Shown: piece by piece, positions 1 through 14,040 of the stretch
Position numbering within the stretch: the first letter of the stretch is position 1
How the letters are laid out: each line of letters starts with the position of its first letter
Assembly: GCA_964057225.1 (NCBI GenBank)
Contig: OZ059899.1
Location: forward strand, 2,914,001 to 2,978,000
Direction of reading: 5' to 3'
Origin: Auanema rhodensis
Taxonomy: Eukaryota > Animalia > Nematoda
Length of the DNA: 64,000 bases
Position numbers and translations under genes: made by a program
The notes under the pieces: model-generated
What the model was told of the DNA's origin: nothing
The model's input: the letters and a program-made list of their open reading frames with translations, nothing else
The model's database searches: none

Positions 1-308
1 TTAAAAATGCACCGAGATATCAACTGATATAAGTTCACACTTATATCCTCGATTTTCACTCTGAAGAATTATTTTTTTCGTTGAATAACATTGTCCATCG
101 TCTTTGCCTTGAAAAATGGAATCTAAAAACATCTACTTTTTGCTAAATTATTTCGAAATTTTTCGAAAAAATTTTTGTCAAAATGTTTTTGGAAGCAATG
201 TTGAGTGTACATGGAAACTCAACATACACTAATGCATCATTTTTCAAACGATCATAACTAATTTTTGTATTAAGTTTTTCTCAATGTAGTATAGTGCATT
301 CGATGCGG

Positions 309-359
309 ATTTTTAAGCTGCGTCGATCTGTGTTATCAGATTTGCGCTAGCTTAAAAAT
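309..359. other. Imperfect inverted repeat of about 51 nt, present in every full-length monomer (first copy given)
   Basis: atttttaagct-gcg-tcg-atctg [tgttat] cagat-ttg-cgc-t-agcttaaaaat: 11-bp, 3-bp and 5-bp perfect segments, two G-T pairs, one mismatch, one bulge. Confidence 0.85.
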
Positions 360-702
360 GCACCGAGATATCAACTGATATAAGTTCACACTTATATCCT
401 CGATTTTCACCCTGAAGAATTATTTTTTTCGTTGAATAACATTGTCCATCGTCTTTGCCTTGAAAAATGGAATCTAAAAACATCTACTTTTTGCTAAATT
501 ATTCTGAAATTTTTCAAAAAAATTTTTGTCAAAATGTTTTTGGTAGCAATGTTGAGTGTACATGGAAACTCAACATACACTAATGCATCATTTTTCAAAC
601 GATCATAACTAATTTTTGTATTAAGCGTTTCTCCATGTAGTATAGTGCATTCGATGCGGATTTTTAAGCTGCGTCGATCTGTGTTATCAGATTTGCGCTA
701 GC

Positions 703-3700
703 TTAAAAATGCACCGAGATATCAATTGATATAAGTTCACACTTATATCCTCGATTTTCACCCTGAAGAATTATTTTTTTCGTTGAATAACATTGTCCAT
801 CGTCTTTGCCTTGTAAAATGGAATCTAAAAACATCTACTTTTTGCTAAATTATTTTGAAATTTTTGGAAAAAATTTTTGTCAAAATGTTTTTGGAAGCAA
901 TGTTGAGTGTACATGGAAACTCAACATACACTAATGCATCATTTTTCAAACGATCATAACTAATTTTTGTATTAAGCCTTTCTCAATGTAGTATAGTGCA
1001 TTCGATGCGGATTTTCAAGCTGCGTCGATCTGTGTTATCAGATTTGCGCTAGCTTAAAAATGCACCGAGATATCAACTGATATAAGTTCACACTTATATC
1101 CTCGATTTTCACCCTGAAGAATTTATTTTCTTGTTGAATAACATTGTCTATCGTCTTTGCCTTGAAAAATGGAATCTAAAAACATCTACTTTTTGCTAAA
1201 TTATTCTGAAATTTTTCAAAAAAATTTTTGTCAAAATGTTTTTGGAAGCAATGTTGAGTGTACATGGAAACTCAACATACACTAATGCATCATTTTTCAA
1301 ACGATCATAACTAATTTTTGTATTAAGCGTTTCTCAATGTAGTATAGTGCATTCGATGCGGATTTTTAAGCTGCGTCGATCTGTGTTATCAGATTTGCGC
1401 TAGCTTAAAAATGCACCGAGATATCAATTGATATAAGTTCACACTTATATCCTCGATTTTCACCCTGAAGAATTATTTTTTTCGTTGAATAACATTGTCC
1501 ATCGTCTTTGCCTTGTAAAATGGAATCTAAAAACATCTACTTTTTGCTAAATTATTTTGAAATTTTTGGAAAAAATTTTTGTCAAAATGTTTTTGGAAGC
1601 AATGTTGAGTGTACATGGAAACTCAACATACACTAATGCATCATTTTTCAAACGATCATAACTAATTTTTGTATTAAGCCTTTCTCAATGTAGTATAGTG
1701 CATTCGATGCGGATTTTCAAGCTGCGTCGATCTGTGTTATCAGATTTGCGCTAGCTTAAAAATGCACCGAGATATCAACTGATATAAGTTCACACTTATA
1801 TCCTCGATTTTCACCCTGAAGAATTTATTTTCTTGTTGAATAACATTGTCTATCGTCTTTGCCTTGAAAAATGGAATCTAAAAACATCTACTTTTTGCTA
1901 AATTATTCTGAAATTTTTCAAAAAAATTTTTGTCAAAATGTTTTTGGAAGCAATGTTGAGTGTACATGGAAACTCAACATACACTAATGCATCATTTTTC
2001 AAACGATCATAACTAATTTTTGTATTAAGCGTTTCTCAATGTAGTATAGTGCATTCGATGCGGATTTTTAAGCTGCGTCGATCTGTGTTATCAGATTTGC
2101 GCTAGCTTAAAAATGCACCGAGATATCAATTGATATAAGTTCACACTTATATCCTCGATTTTCACCCTGAAGAATTATTTTTTTCGTTGAATAACATTGT
2201 CCATCGTCTTTGCCTTGTAAAATGGAATCTAAAAACATCTACTTTTTGCTAAATTATTTTGAAATTTTTGGAAAAAATTTTTGTCAAAATGTTTTTGGAA
2301 GCAATGTTGAGTGTACATGGAAACTCAACATACACTAATGCATCATTTTTCAAACGATCATAACTAATTTTTGTATTAAGCCTTTCTCAATGTAGTATAG
2401 TGCATTCGATGCGGATTTTCAAGCTGCGTCGATCTGTGTTATCAGATTTGCGCTAGCTTAAAAATGCACCGAGATATCAACTGATATAAGTTCACACTTA
2501 TATCCTCGATTTTCACCCTGAAGAATTAATTTTCTTGTTGAATAACATTGTCTATCGTCTTTGCCTTGAAAAATGGAATCTAAAAACATCTACTTTTTGC
2601 TAAATTATTCTGAAATTTTTCAAAAAAATTTTTGTCAAAATGTTTTTGGAAGCAATGTTGAGTGTACATGGAAACTCAACATACACTAATGCATCATTTT
2701 TCAAACGATCATAACTAATTTTTGTATTAAGCGTTTCTCAATGTAGTATAGTGCATTCGATGCGGATTTTTAAGCTGCGTCGATCTGTGTTATCAGATTT
2801 GCGCTAGCTTAAAAATGCACCGAGATATCAACTGATATAAGTTCACACTTATATCCTCGATTTTCACTCTGAAGAATTATTTTTTTCGTTGAATAACATT
2901 GTCCATCGTCTTTGCCTTGAAAAATGGAATCTAAAAACATCTACTTTTTGCTAAATTATTTTGAAATTTTTCGAAAAAATTTTTGTCAAAATGTTTTTGG
3001 AAGCAATGTTGAGTGTACATGGAAACTCAACATACACTAATGCATCATTTTTCAAACGATCATAACTAATTTTTGTATTAAGTTTTTCTCAATGTAGTAT
3101 AGTGCATTCGATGCGGATTTTTAAGCTGCGTCGATCTGTGTTATCAGATTTGCGCTAGCTTAAAAATGCACCGAGATATCAACTGATATAAGTTCACACT
3201 TATATCCTCGATTTTCACCCTGAAGAATTATTTTTTTCGTTGATTAACATTGTCCATCGTATTTGCCTTGAAAAATGGAATCTAAAAACATCTACTTTTT
3301 GCTAAATTATTTTGAAATTTTTCGAAAAAATTTTTGTCAAAATGTTTTTGGAAGCAATGTTGAGTGTACATGGAAACTCAACATACACTAATGCATCATT
3401 TTTCAAACGATCATAACTAATTTTTGTATTAAGCCTTTCTCAATGTAGTATAGTGCATTCGATGCGGATTTTTAAGCTGCGTCGATCTGTGTTATCAGAT
3501 TTGCGCTAGCTTAAAAATGCACCGAGATATCAATTGATATAAGTTCACACTTATATCCTCGATTTTCACCCTGAAGAATTATTTTTTTCGTTGAATAACA
3601 TTGTCCATCGTCTTTGCCTTGTAAAATGGAATCTAAAAACATCTACTTTTTGCTAAATTATTTTGAAATTTTTGGAAAAAATTTTTGTCAAAATGTTTTT

Positions 3701-5616
3701 GGAAGCAATGTTGAGTGTACATGGAAACTCAACATACACTAATGCATCATTTTTCAAACGATCATAACTAATTTTTGTATTAAGCCTTTCTCAATGTAGT
3801 ATAGTGCATTCGATGCGGATTTTCAAGCTGCGTCGATCTGTGTTATCAGATTTGCGCTAGCTTAAAAATGCACCGAGATATCAACTGATATAAGTTCACA
3901 CTTATATCCTCGATTTTCACCCTGAAGAATTAATTTTCTTGTTGAATAACATTGTCTATCGTCTTTGCCTTGAAAAATGGAATTTAAAAACATCTACTTT
4001 TTGCTAAATTATTCTGAAATTTTTCAAAAAAATTTTTGTCAAAATGTTTTTGGAAGCAATGTTGAGTGTACATGGAAACTCAACATACACTAATGCATCA
4101 TTTTTCAAACGATCATAACTAATTTTTGTATTAAGCGTTTCTCAATGTAGTATAGTGCATTCGATGCGGATTTTTAAGCTGCGTCGATCTGTGTTATCAG
4201 ATTTGCGCTAGCTTAAAAATGCACCGAGATATCAACTGATATAAGTTCACACTTATATCCTCGATTTTCACTCTGAAGAATTATTTTTTTCGTTGAATAA
4301 CATTGTCCATCGTCTTTGCCTTGAAAAATGGAATCTAAAAACATCTACTTTTTGCTAAATTATTTTGAAATTTTTCGAAAAAATTTTTGTCAAAATGTTT
4401 TTGGAAGCAATGTTGAGTGTACATGGAAACTCAACATACACTAATGCATCATTTTTCAAACGATCATAACTAATTTTTGTATTAAGTTTTTCTCAATGTA
4501 GTATAGTGCATTCGATGCGGATTTTTAAGCTGCGTCGATCTGTGTTATCAGATTTGCGCTAGCTTAAAAATGCACCGAGATATCAACTGATATAAGTTCA
4601 CACTTATATCCTCGATTTTCACCCTGAAGAATTATTTTTTTCGTTGATTAACATTGTCCATCGTATTTGCCTTGAAAAATGGAATCTAAAAACATCTACT
4701 TTTTGCTAAATTATTTTGAAATTTTTCGAAAAAATTTTTGTCAAAATGTTTTTGGAAGCAATGTTGAGTGTACATGGAAACTCAACATACACTAATGCAT
4801 CATTTTTCAAACGATCATAACTAATTTTTGTATTAAGCCTTTCTCAATGTAGTATAGTGCATTCGATGCGGATTTTTAAGCTGCGTCGATCTGTGTTATC
4901 AGATTTGCGCTAGCTTAAAAATGCACCGAGATATCAATTGATATAAGTTCACACTTATATCCTCGATTTTCACCCTGAAGAATTATTTTTTTCGTTGAAT
5001 AACATTGTCCATCGTCTTTGCCTTGTAAAATGGAATCTAAAAACATCTACTTTTTGCTAAATTATTTTGAACTTTTTGGAAAAAATTTTTGTCAAAATGT
5101 TTTTGGAAGCAATGTTGAGTGTACATGGAAACTCAACATACACTAATGCATCATTTTTCAAACGATCATAACTAATTTTTGTATTAAGCCTTTCTCAATG
5201 TAGTATAGTGCATTCGATGCGGATTTTCAAGCTGCGTCGATCTGTGTTATCAGATTTGCGCTAGCTTAAAAATGCACCGAGATATCAACTGATATAAGTT
5301 CACACTTATATCCTCGATTTTCACCCTGAAGAATTAATTTTCTTGTTGAATAACATTGTCTATCGTCTTTGCCTTGAAAAATGGAATCTAAAAACATCTA
5401 CTTTTTGCTAAATTATTCTGAAATTTTTCAAAAAAATTTTTGTCAAAATGTTTTTGGAAGCAATGTTGAGTGTACATGGAAACTCAACATACACTAATGC
5501 ATCATTTTTCAAACGATCATAACTAATTTTTGTATTAAGCGTTTCTCAATGTAGTATAGTGCATTCGATGCGGATTTTTAAGCTGCGTCGATCTGTGTTA
5601 TCAGATTTGCGCTAGC
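703..5616 (+). repeat. Higher-order repeats: 2-mer (702 bp) changing to 4-mer (1404 bp)
   Basis: The variant monomer with caattg/ttgtaaaa/tttttgg/ttttcaag starts at 703, 1405, 2107, then 3511, 4915. Each is followed by the cttg/ctat/tctg variant. The 'cactct' and 'tgatta/cgtatt' monomers recur 1404 bp apart. Confidence 0.85.
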
Positions 5617-8600
5617 TTAAAAATGCACCGAGATATCAACTGATATAAGTTCACACTTATATCCTCGATTTTCACCCTGAAGAATTATTTTTTTCGTTGA
5701 TTAACATTGTCCATCGTATTTGCCTTGAAAAATGAAATCTAAAAACATCTACTTTTTGCTAAATTATTTTGAAATTTTTCGAAAAAATTTTTGTCAAAAT
5801 GTTTTTGGAAGCAATGTTGAGTGTACATGGAAACTCAACATACACTAATGCATCATTTTTCAAACGATCATAACTAATTTTTGTATTAAGTTTTTCTCAA
5901 TGTAGTATAGTGCATTCGATGCGGATTTTTAAGCTGCGTCGATCTGTGTTATCAGATTTGCGCTAGCTTAAAAATGCACCGAGATATCAACTGATATAAG
6001 TTCACACTTATATCCTCGATTTTCACCCTGAAGAATTATTTTTTTCGTTGAATAACATTGTCCATCGTCTTTGCCTTGAAAAATGGAATCTAAAAACATC
6101 TACTTTTTGCTAAATTATTTTGAAATTTTTCGAAAAAATTTTTGTCAAAATGTTTTTGGAAGCAATGTTGAGTGTACATGGAAACTCAACATACACTAAT
6201 GCATCATTTTTCAAACGATCATAACTAATTTTTGTATTAAGTTTTTCTCAATGTAGTATAGTGCATTCGATGCGGATTTTTAAGCTGCGTCGATCTGTGT
6301 TATCAGATTTGCGCTAGCTTAAAAATGCACCGAGATATCAACTGATATAAGTTCACACTTATATCCTCGATTTTCACCCTGAAGAATTATTTTTTTCGTT
6401 GAATAACATTGTCCATCGTCTTTGCCTTGAAAAATGGAATCTAAAAACATCTACTTTTTGCTAAATTATTTTGAAATTTTTCGAAAAAATTTTTGTCAAA
6501 ATGTTTTTGGAAGCAATGTTGAGTGTACATGGAAACTCAACATACACTAATGCATCATTTTTCAAACGATCATAACTAATTTTTGTATTAAGCCTTTCTC
6601 AATGTAGTATAGTGCATTCGATGCGGATTTTTAAGCTGCGTCGATCTGTGTTATCAGATTTGCGCTAGCTTAAAAATGCACCGAGATATCAACTGATATA
6701 AGTTCACACTTATATCCTCGATTTTCACCCTGAAGAATTATTTTTTTCGTTGAATAACATTGTCCATCGTCTTTGCCTTGAAAAATGGAATCTAAAAACA
6801 TCTACTTTTTGCTAAATTATTTTGAAATTTTTCGAAAAAATTTTTGTCAAAATGTTTTTGGAAGCAATGTTGAGTGTACATGGAAACTCAACATACACTA
6901 ATGCATCATTTTTCAAACGATCATAACTAATTTTTGTATTAAGTTTTTCTCAATGTAGTATAGTGCATTCGATGCGGATTTTTAAGCTGCGTCGATCTGT
7001 GTTATCAGATTTGCGCTAGCTTAAAAATGCACCGAGATATCAACTGATATAAGTTCACACTTATATCCTCGATTTTCACCCTGAAGAATTATTTTTTTCG
7101 TTGAATAACATTGTCCATCGTCTTTGCCTTGAAAAATGGAATCTAAAAACATCTACTTTTTGCTAAATTATTTTGAAATTTTTCGAAAAAATTTTTGTCA
7201 AAATGTTTTTGGAAGCAATGTTGAGTGTACATGGAAACTCAACATACACTAATGCATCATTTTTCAAACGATCATAACTAATTTTTGTATTAAGCCTTTC
7301 TCAATGTAGTATAGTGCATTCGATGCGGATTTTTATGCTGCGTCGATCTGTGTTATCAGATTTGCGCTAGCTTAAAAATGCACCGAGATATCAACTGATA
7401 TAAGTTCACACTTATATCCTCGATTTTCACCCTGAAGAATTATTTTTTTCGTTGAATAACATTGTCCATCGTCTTTGCCTTGAAAAATGGAATCTAAAAA
7501 CATCTACTTTTTGCTAAATTATTTTGAAATTTTTCGAAAAAATTTTTGTCAAAATGTTTTTGGAAGCAATGTTGAGTGTACATGGAAACTCAACATACAC
7601 TAATGCATCATTTTTCAAACGATCATAACTAATTTTTGTATTAAGTTTTTCTCAATGTAGTATAGTGCATTCGATGCGGATTTTTAAGCTGCGTCGATCT
7701 GTGTTATCAGATTTGCGCTAGCTTAAAAATGCACCGAGATATCAACTGATATAAGTTCACACTTATATCCTCGATTTTCACCCTGAAGAATTATTTTTTT
7801 CGTTGAATAACATTGTCCATCGTCTTTGCCTTGAAAAATGGAATCTAAAAACAACTACTTTTTGCTAAATTATTTTGAAATTTTTCGAAAAAATTTTTGT
7901 CAAAATGTTTTTGGAAGCAATGTTGAGTGTACATGGAAACTCAACATACACTAATGCATCATTTTTCAAACGATCATAACTAATTTTTGTATTAAGCCTT
8001 TCTCAATGTAGTATAGTGCATTCGATGCGGATTTTTAAGCTGCGTCGATCTGTGTTATCAGATTTGCGCTAGCTTAAAAATGCACCGAGATATCAACTGA
8101 TATAAGTTCACACTTATATCCTCGATTTTCACCCTGAAGAATTAATTTTCTTGTTGAATAACATTGTCTATCGTCTTTGCCTTAAAAAATGGAATCTAAA
8201 AACAACTACTTTTTGCTAAATTATTTTGAAATTTTTCGAAAAAATTTTTGTCAAAATGTTTTTGGAAGCAATGTTGAGTGTACATGGAAACTCAACATAC
8301 ACTAATGCATCATTTTTCAAACGATCATAACTAATTTTTGTATTAAGCCTTTCTCAATGTAGTATAGTGCATTCGATGCGGATTTTTAAGCTGCGTCGAT
8401 CTGTGTTATCAGATTTGCGCTAGCTTAAAAATGCACCGAGATATCAACTGATATAAGTTCACACTTATATCCTCGATTTTCACCCTGAAGAATTATTTTT
8501 TTCGTTGATTAACATTGTCCATCGTATTTGCCTTGAAAAATGGAATCTAAAAACATCTACTTTTTGCTAAATTATTTTGAAATTTTTCGAAAAAATTTTT

Positions 8601-11600
8601 GTCAAAATGTTTTTGGAAGCAATGTTGAGTGTACATGGAAACTCAACATACACTAATGCATCATTTTTCAAACGATCATAACTAATTTTTGTATTAAGTT
8701 TTTCTCAATGTAGTATAGTGCATTCGATGCGGATTTTTAAGCTGCGTCGATCTGTGTTATCAGATTTGCGCTAGCTTAAAAATGCACCGAGATATCAACT
8801 GATATAAGTTCACACTTATATCCTCGATTTTCACCCTGAAGAATTATTTTTTTCGTTGAATAACATTGTCCATCGTCTTTGCCTTGAAAAATGGAATCTA
8901 AAAACATCTACTTTTTGCTAAATTATTTTGAAATTTTTCGAAAAAATTTTTGTCAAAATGTTTTTGGAAGCAATGTTGAGTGTACATGGAAACTCAACAT
9001 ACACTAATGCATCATTTTTCAAACGATCATAACTAATTTTTGTATTAAGCCTTTTTCAATGTAGTATAGTGCATTCGATGCGGATTTTTAAGCTGCGTCG
9101 ATCTGTGTTATCAGATTTGCGCTAGCTTAAAAATGCACCGAGATATCAACTGATATAAGTTCACACTTATATCCTCGATTTTCACCCTGAAGAATTATTT
9201 TTTTCGTTGAATAACATTGTCCATCGTCTTTGCCTTGAAAAATGGAATCTAAAAACATCTACTTTTTGCTAAATTATTTTGAAATTTTTCGAAAAAATTT
9301 TTGTCAAAATGTTTTTGGAAGCAATGTTGAGTGTACATGGAAACTCAACATACACTAATGCATCATTTTTCAAACGATCATAACTAATTTTTGTATTAAG
9401 TTTTTCTCAATGTAGTATAGTGCATTCGATGCGGATTTTTAAGCTGCGTCGATCTGTGTTATCAGATTTGCGCTAGCTTAAAAATGCACCGAGATATCAA
9501 CTGATATAAGTTCACACTTATATCCTCGATTTTCACCCTGAAGAATTATTTTTTTCGTTGAATAACATTGTCCATCGTCTTTGCCTTGAAAAATGGAATC
9601 TAAAAACATCTACTTTTTGCTAAATTATTTTGAAATTTTTCGAAAAAATTTTTGTCAAAATGTTTTTGGAAGCAATGTTGAGTGTACATGGAAACTCAAC
9701 ATACACTAATGCATCATTTTTCAAACGATCATAACTAATTTTTGTATTAAGCCTTTCTCAATGTAGTATAGTGCATTCGATGCGGATTTTTATGCTGCGT
9801 CGATCTGTGTTATCAGATTTGCGCTAGCTTAAAAATGCACCGAGATATCAACTGATATAAGTTCACACTTATATCCTCGATTTTCACCCTGAAGAATTAT
9901 TTTTTTCGTTGAATAACATTGTCCATCGTCTTTGCCTTGAAAAATGGAATATAAAAACATCTACTTTTTGCTAAATTATTTTGAAATTTTTCGAAAAAAT
10001 TTTTGTCAAAATGTTTTTGGAAGCAATGTTGAGTGTACATGGAAACTCAACATACACTAATGCATCATTTTTCAAACGATCATAACTAATTTTTGTATTA
10101 AGTTTTTCTCAATGTAGTATAGTGCATTCGATGCGGATTTTTAAGCTGCGTCGATCTGTGTTATCAGATTTGCGCTAGCTTAAAAATGCACCGAGATATC
10201 AACTGATATAAGTTCACACTTATATCCTCGATTTTCACCCTGAAGAATTATTTTTTTCGTTGAATAACATTGTCCATCGTCTTTGCCTTGAAAAATGGAA
10301 TCTAAAAACAACTACTTTTTGCTAAATTATTTTGAAATTTTTCGAAAAAATTTTTGTCAAAATGTTTTTGGAAGCAATGTTGAGTGTACATGGAAACTCA
10401 ACATACACTAATGCACCATTTTTCAAACGATCATAACTAATTTTTGTATTAAGCCTTTCTCAATGTAGTATAGTGCATTCGATGCGGATTTTTAAGCTGC
10501 GTCGATCTGTGTTATCAGATTTGCGCTAGCTTAAAAATGCACCGAGATATCAACTGATATAAGTTCACACTTATATCCTCGATTTTCACCCTGAAGAATT
10601 AATTTTCTTGTTGAATAACATTGTCTATCGTCTTTGCCTTGAAAAATGGAATCTAAAAACATCTACTTCTTGCTAAATTATTCTGAAATTTTTCAAAAAA
10701 ATTTTTGTCAAAATGTTTTTGGAAGCAATGTTGAGTGTACATGGAAACTCAACATACACTAATGCATCATTTTTCAAACGATCATAACTAATTTTTGTAT
10801 TAAGCGTTTCTCAATGTAGTATAGTGCATTCGATGCGGATTTTTAAGCTGCGTCGATCTGTGTTATCAGATTTGCGCTAGCTTAAAAATGCACCGAGATA
10901 TCAATTGATATAAGTTCACACTTATATCCTCGATTTTCACCCTGAAGAATTATTTTTTTCGTTGAATAACATTGTCCATCGTCTTTGCCTTGTAAAATGG
11001 AATCTAAAAACATCTACTTTTTGCTAAATTATTTTGAAATTTTTGGAAAAAATTTTTGTCAAAATGTTTTTGGAAGCAATGTTGAGTGTACATGGAAACT
11101 CAACATACACTAATGCATCATTTTTCAAACGATCATAACTAATTTTTGTATTAAGCGTTTCTCAATGTAGTATAGTGCATTCGATGCGGATTTTCAAGCT
11201 GCGTCGATCTGTGTTATCAGATTTGCGCTAGCTTAAAAATGCACCGAGATATCAACTGATATAAGTTCACACTTATATCCTCGATTTTCACCCTGAAGAA
11301 TTAATTTTCTTGTTGAATAACATTGTCTATCGTCTTTGCCTTGAAAAATGGAATCTAAAAACATCTACTTTTTGCTAAATTATTCTGAAATTTTTCAAAA
11401 AAATTTTTGTCAAAATGTTTTTGGAAGCAATGTTGAGTGTACATGGAAACTCAACATACACTAATGCATCATTTTTCAAACGATCATAACTAATTTTTGT
11501 ATTAAGCGTTTCTCAATGTAGTATAGTGCATTCGATGCGGATTTTTAAGCTGCGTCGATCTGTGTTATCAGATTTGCGCTAGCTTAAAAATGCACCGAGA

Positions 11601-14040
11601 TATCAACTGATATAAGTTCACACTTATATCCTTGATTTTCACCCTGAAGAATTAATTTTTTCGCTGAATAACATTGTCCATCGTCTTTGCCTTGAATAAA
11701 GGAATCTAAAAACATCTACTTTTTGCTGAATTATTTTGAAATTTTTCGAAAAAATTTTTGTCAAAATGTTTTTGGAAGCAATGTTGAGTGTACATGGAAA
11801 CTCAACATACACTAATGCATCATTTTTCAAACGATCATAACTAATTTTTGTATTAAGCGTTTCTCAATGTAGTATAGTGCATTCGATGCGGATTTTCAAG
11901 CTGCGTCGATCTGTGTTATCAGATTTGCGCTAGCTTAAAAATGCACCGAGATATCAACTGATATAAGTTCACACTTATATCCTCGATTTTCACCCTGAAG
12001 AATTAATTTTCTTGTTGAATAACATTGTCTATCGTCTTTGCCTTGAAAAATGGAATCTAAAAACATCTACTTTTTGCTAAATTATTCTGAAATTTTTCAA
12101 AAAAATTTTTGTCAAAATGTTTTTGGAAGCAATGTTGAGTGTACATGGAAACTCAACATACACTAATGCATCATTTTTCAAACGATCATAACTAATTTTT
12201 GTATTAAGTTTTTCTCAATGTAGTATAGTGCATTCGATGCGGATTTTTAAGCTGCGTCGATCTGTGTTATCAGATTTGCGCTAGCTTAAAAATGCACCGA
12301 GATATCAACTGATATAAGTTCACACTTATATCCTCGATTTTCACCCTGAAGAATTATTTTTTTCGTTGATTAACATTGTCCATCGTCTTTGCCTTGAAAA
12401 ATGGAATCTAAAAACATCTACTTTTTGCTAAATTATTTTGAAATTTTTCGAAAAAATTTTTGTCAAAATGTTTTTGGAAGCAATGTTGAGTGTACATGGA
12501 AACTCAACATACACTAATGCATCATTTTTCAAACGATCATACCTAATTTGTGTATTAAGCGTTTCTCAATGTAGTATAGTGCATTCGATGCGGATTTTTA
12601 AGCTGCGTCGATCTGTGTTATCAGATTTGCGTTAGCTTAAAAATGCACCGAGATATCAACTGATATAAGTTCACACTTATATCCTCGATTTTCACCCTGA
12701 AGAATTAATTTTTTCGTTGAATAACATTGTCCATCGTCTTTGCCTTAAAAAAAGGAATCTAAAAACATCTACTTTTTGCTAAATTATTTTGAAATTTTTC
12801 GAAAAAATTTTTGTCAAATTGTTTTTGGAAGCAATGTTGAGTGTACATGGAAACTCAACATACACTAATGCATCATTTTTCAAACGATCATAACTAATTT
12901 TTGTATTAAGCCTTTCTCAATGTAGTATAGTGCATTCGATGCGGATTTTTAAGCTGCGTCGATCTGTGTTATCAGATTTGCGCTAGCTTAAAAATGCACC
13001 GAGATATCAACTGATATAAGTTCACACTTATATCCTCGATTTTCACCCTGAAGAATTATTTTTTTCGTTGAATAACATTGTCCATCGTCTTTGCCTTGAA
13101 AAATGGAATCTAAAAACAACTACTTTTTGCTAAATTATTTTGAAATTTTTCGAAAAAATTTTTGTCAAAATGTTTTTGGAAGCAATGTTGAGTGTACATG
13201 GAAACTCAACATACACTAATGCATCATTTTTCAAACGATCATAACTAATTTTTGTATTAAGCCTTTCTCAATGTAGTATAGTGCATTCGATGCGGATTTT
13301 TAAGCTGCGTCGATCTGTGTTATCAGATTTGCGCTAGCTTAAAAATGCACCGAGATATCAACTGATATAAGTTCACACTTATATCCTCGATTTTCACCCT
13401 GAAGAATTATTTTTCTTGTTGAATAACATTGTCTATCGTCTTTGCCTTGAAAAATGGAATCTAAAAACATCTACTTTTTGCTAAATTATTCTGAAATTTT
13501 TCAAAAAAATTTTTGTCAAAATGTTTTTGGAAGCAATGTTGAGTGTACATGGAAACTCAACATACACTAATGCATCATTTTTCAAACGATCATAACTAAT
13601 TTTTGTATTAAGCGTTTCTCAATGTAGTATAGTGCATTCGATGCGGATTTTTAAGCTGCGTCGATCTGTGTTATCAGATTTGCGCTAGCTTAAAAATGCA
13701 CCGAGATATCAACTGATATAAGTTCACACTTATATCCTCGATTTTCACCCTGAAGAATTAATTTTTTCGCTGAATAACATTGTCCATCGTCTTTGCCTTG
13801 AATAAAGGAATCTAAAAACATCTACTTTTTGCTGAATTATTTTGAAATTTTTCGAAAAAATTTTTGTCAAAATGTTTTTGGAAGCAATGTTGAGTGTACA
13901 TGGAAACTCAACATACACTAATGCATCATTTTTCAAACGATCATAACTAATTTTTGTATTAAGCGTTTCTCAATGTAGTATAGTGCATTCGATGCGGATT
14001 TTCAAGCTGCGTCGATCTGTGTTATCAGATTTGCGCTAGC

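Noticed and set aside
61-67. 'ctgaaga' matches the hammerhead ribozyme core CUGANGA, with downstream GAAA motifs (satellite hammerheads are known in newts, schistosomes and cave crickets)
   Set aside because: I could not build stem I (no complement of 'ttcacc' on this strand) or a convincing stem II or III, and the adjacent bases are among the most variable. An Infernal search with the Rfam hammerhead models would settle it.
76-92. 'tttcgttgaataacatt' resembles the start of a CENP-B box
   Set aside because: Only TTCG and the central A match. The essential CGGG is absent, and the TTCG is frequently mutated.
1-351. Assignment to a known satellite of about 350-360 bp (e.g. Drosophila 1.688 or Tribolium TCAST) or to a 5S rRNA, tRNA or SL-RNA tandem array
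   Set aside because: Only the length and AT-richness are similar. I recognise no diagnostic sequence, Pol III boxes or cloverleaf, so a database search is needed.
1-351. Monomer as an ancient dimer of about 175-bp halves
   Set aside because: I found no convincing alignment between the halves beyond shared A/T tracts.
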